Source: Callorhinchus milii (lineage: Eukaryota). Taken from it: DNA of 64,000 nucleotides. A program made the position numbers and the translations under genes. Shown piece by piece: positions 62,691 through 64,000 of the stretch. Positions within the stretch are counted from its first letter, which is position 1, and every line of letters starts with the position of its first letter. The notes beneath the pieces are model-generated. The model worked only from the letters and a program-made list of their open reading frames with translations. It was not told where the DNA came from and did not search any database. Location of the stretch: NCBI RefSeq assembly GCF_018977255.1, contig NW_024704743.1, positions 87,298,001 through 87,362,000 on the forward strand, in the 5' to 3' direction.

Positions 62691-64000
62691 ACTGAAATGT
62701 GGTTTATTCCTGAACCTTCACATTTCTCTTTTAATCCGTGGATTGTCCTTGTTAACTGTTGTGTTTTGTGCAAGTATGTGTATGCCTAACCATTCCCCTC
62801 TCATGCTCCAGTCCTGTGCTGCAATTCAGTATATCTGTATTCTTGTGTTTAAATATTCTCCCACCATGTAATCAATAGTCTCTGCCAATGGAACTTGAGG
62901 CTTTGGGGCGTAAGATCAAAATTAACAGGCAAAAGCCACAACTAATGGTGATGATAAAACACTGGCCCCTTACCGCTGGGATTGCCATGATTGAAGGGCT
63001 GCCTGATTTTAAAACGCTCCTAACTAACTTACTTCACAATTATTACCCGTTTTTTTAAAAAAATGTTTGTAAGTATTGCGAACGACTTTCTCTTTTCCTT
63101 TCTGCTAATATACCTTGAGTATCGGAAACATAATTGGGAGAACTTGTATAGCATTACCCAGCCTGACAGCAAAGGAGTTAAAATAATATCTGTAGAGCAT
63201 TACCATGGAGTGTATCAGTGATGCTTTTTATTTTCAAGAGAGTTTGTGCAAACTAATTTATGCACAGGAACCTCTGTTGTCTGGATCATAGCGAGGCAAA
63301 CCATTGAAACTGCCGCTGGACTGGTTATACTAGACATTAAGATAATACCCAGCGCGTTGGACCACTGATAGCACTGTAATAGCCTTAGGGCATGAGAATT
63401 TTTTTTCATAAATGTTTCAGCAAATGTTCCAAAATGAAATTAATTTAGAAGTCTCTATCTCTGCCACAGTCATGCTCCTACTAGTATTAGGTTACTTTCA
63501 TTCTGTTTGAAATTGGAACACAGCGTTTTGTGAGAATCAGCTTTGAGCTCAGGCTTTCAACAAAAAAAAACTTTTGGATGCCCCAGATAGATTATCCACA
63601 GGCATGCTTTAAACTTCAAAGCCATTTTGTGTACGTTGCTGCTGCGTTGAATACAAAAGGTCATGCAGGTTCTAGTTGGAATTGTTTTGAACTCAGAAAG
63701 CAATTGCTTATAGCAGTCCAGCAGTCCATTTGGGTCCAGCTATTGGCTGGATATTGATCTGCGGCTGAATGCTGCACCTTTCAGTATATGCTCCAGATCT
63801 GGATTAAATATACACTTTACATTGCGGTCTAATTTGTGACGTTTCTAAAATGGATTTTTTAATGAGGAGTTTGGCAAATGGTGGGGTGGGATATGGGGGG
63901 ATGCGAGGTGGAGGGCGGTTGTGGGGAGGAGGTGGGGGAACTTGTCATGCCAACCCACAAGAAATCCAGTCTCATCTGTCTGCTTTGGACCAGTGTTCCC

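Overview
Repeat-rich vertebrate DNA, most likely from a cartilaginous fish (probably a chimaera or shark), judged from its tRNA-headed SINEs with L2-type tails, L2 and CR1 LINEs. No intact, recognisable protein-coding gene is present, and almost all ORF-track entries are retroelement fragments or low-complexity artefacts. The main signal not explained by repeats is a series of frameshifted minus-strand segments from about 46.8 kb down to about 20 kb. By eye they read, in order, as a tenascin-like N-terminal/EGF exon, about nine fibronectin type III (FN3) exons and a possible start of a fibrinogen domain, so a heavily decayed tenascin-family pseudogene is proposed; this needs HMM or tBLASTn confirmation. 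Other notable items: (1) a CpG island at about 51 kb with a candidate first coding exon whose GC splice donor is repeated 13 times in a minisatellite; (2) a near-perfect inverted duplication of about 385 bp that preserves the empty site of an L2 insertion; (3) a full-length 4.1-kb CR1 with an 11-bp TSD; (4) two SINE families sharing a 3' half and an L2 stem-loop; (5) relics of Harbinger transposase, Gypsy integrase, an L1/Tx1 endonuclease and a hAT MITE. All calls were made by eye and repeat boundaries are approximate.
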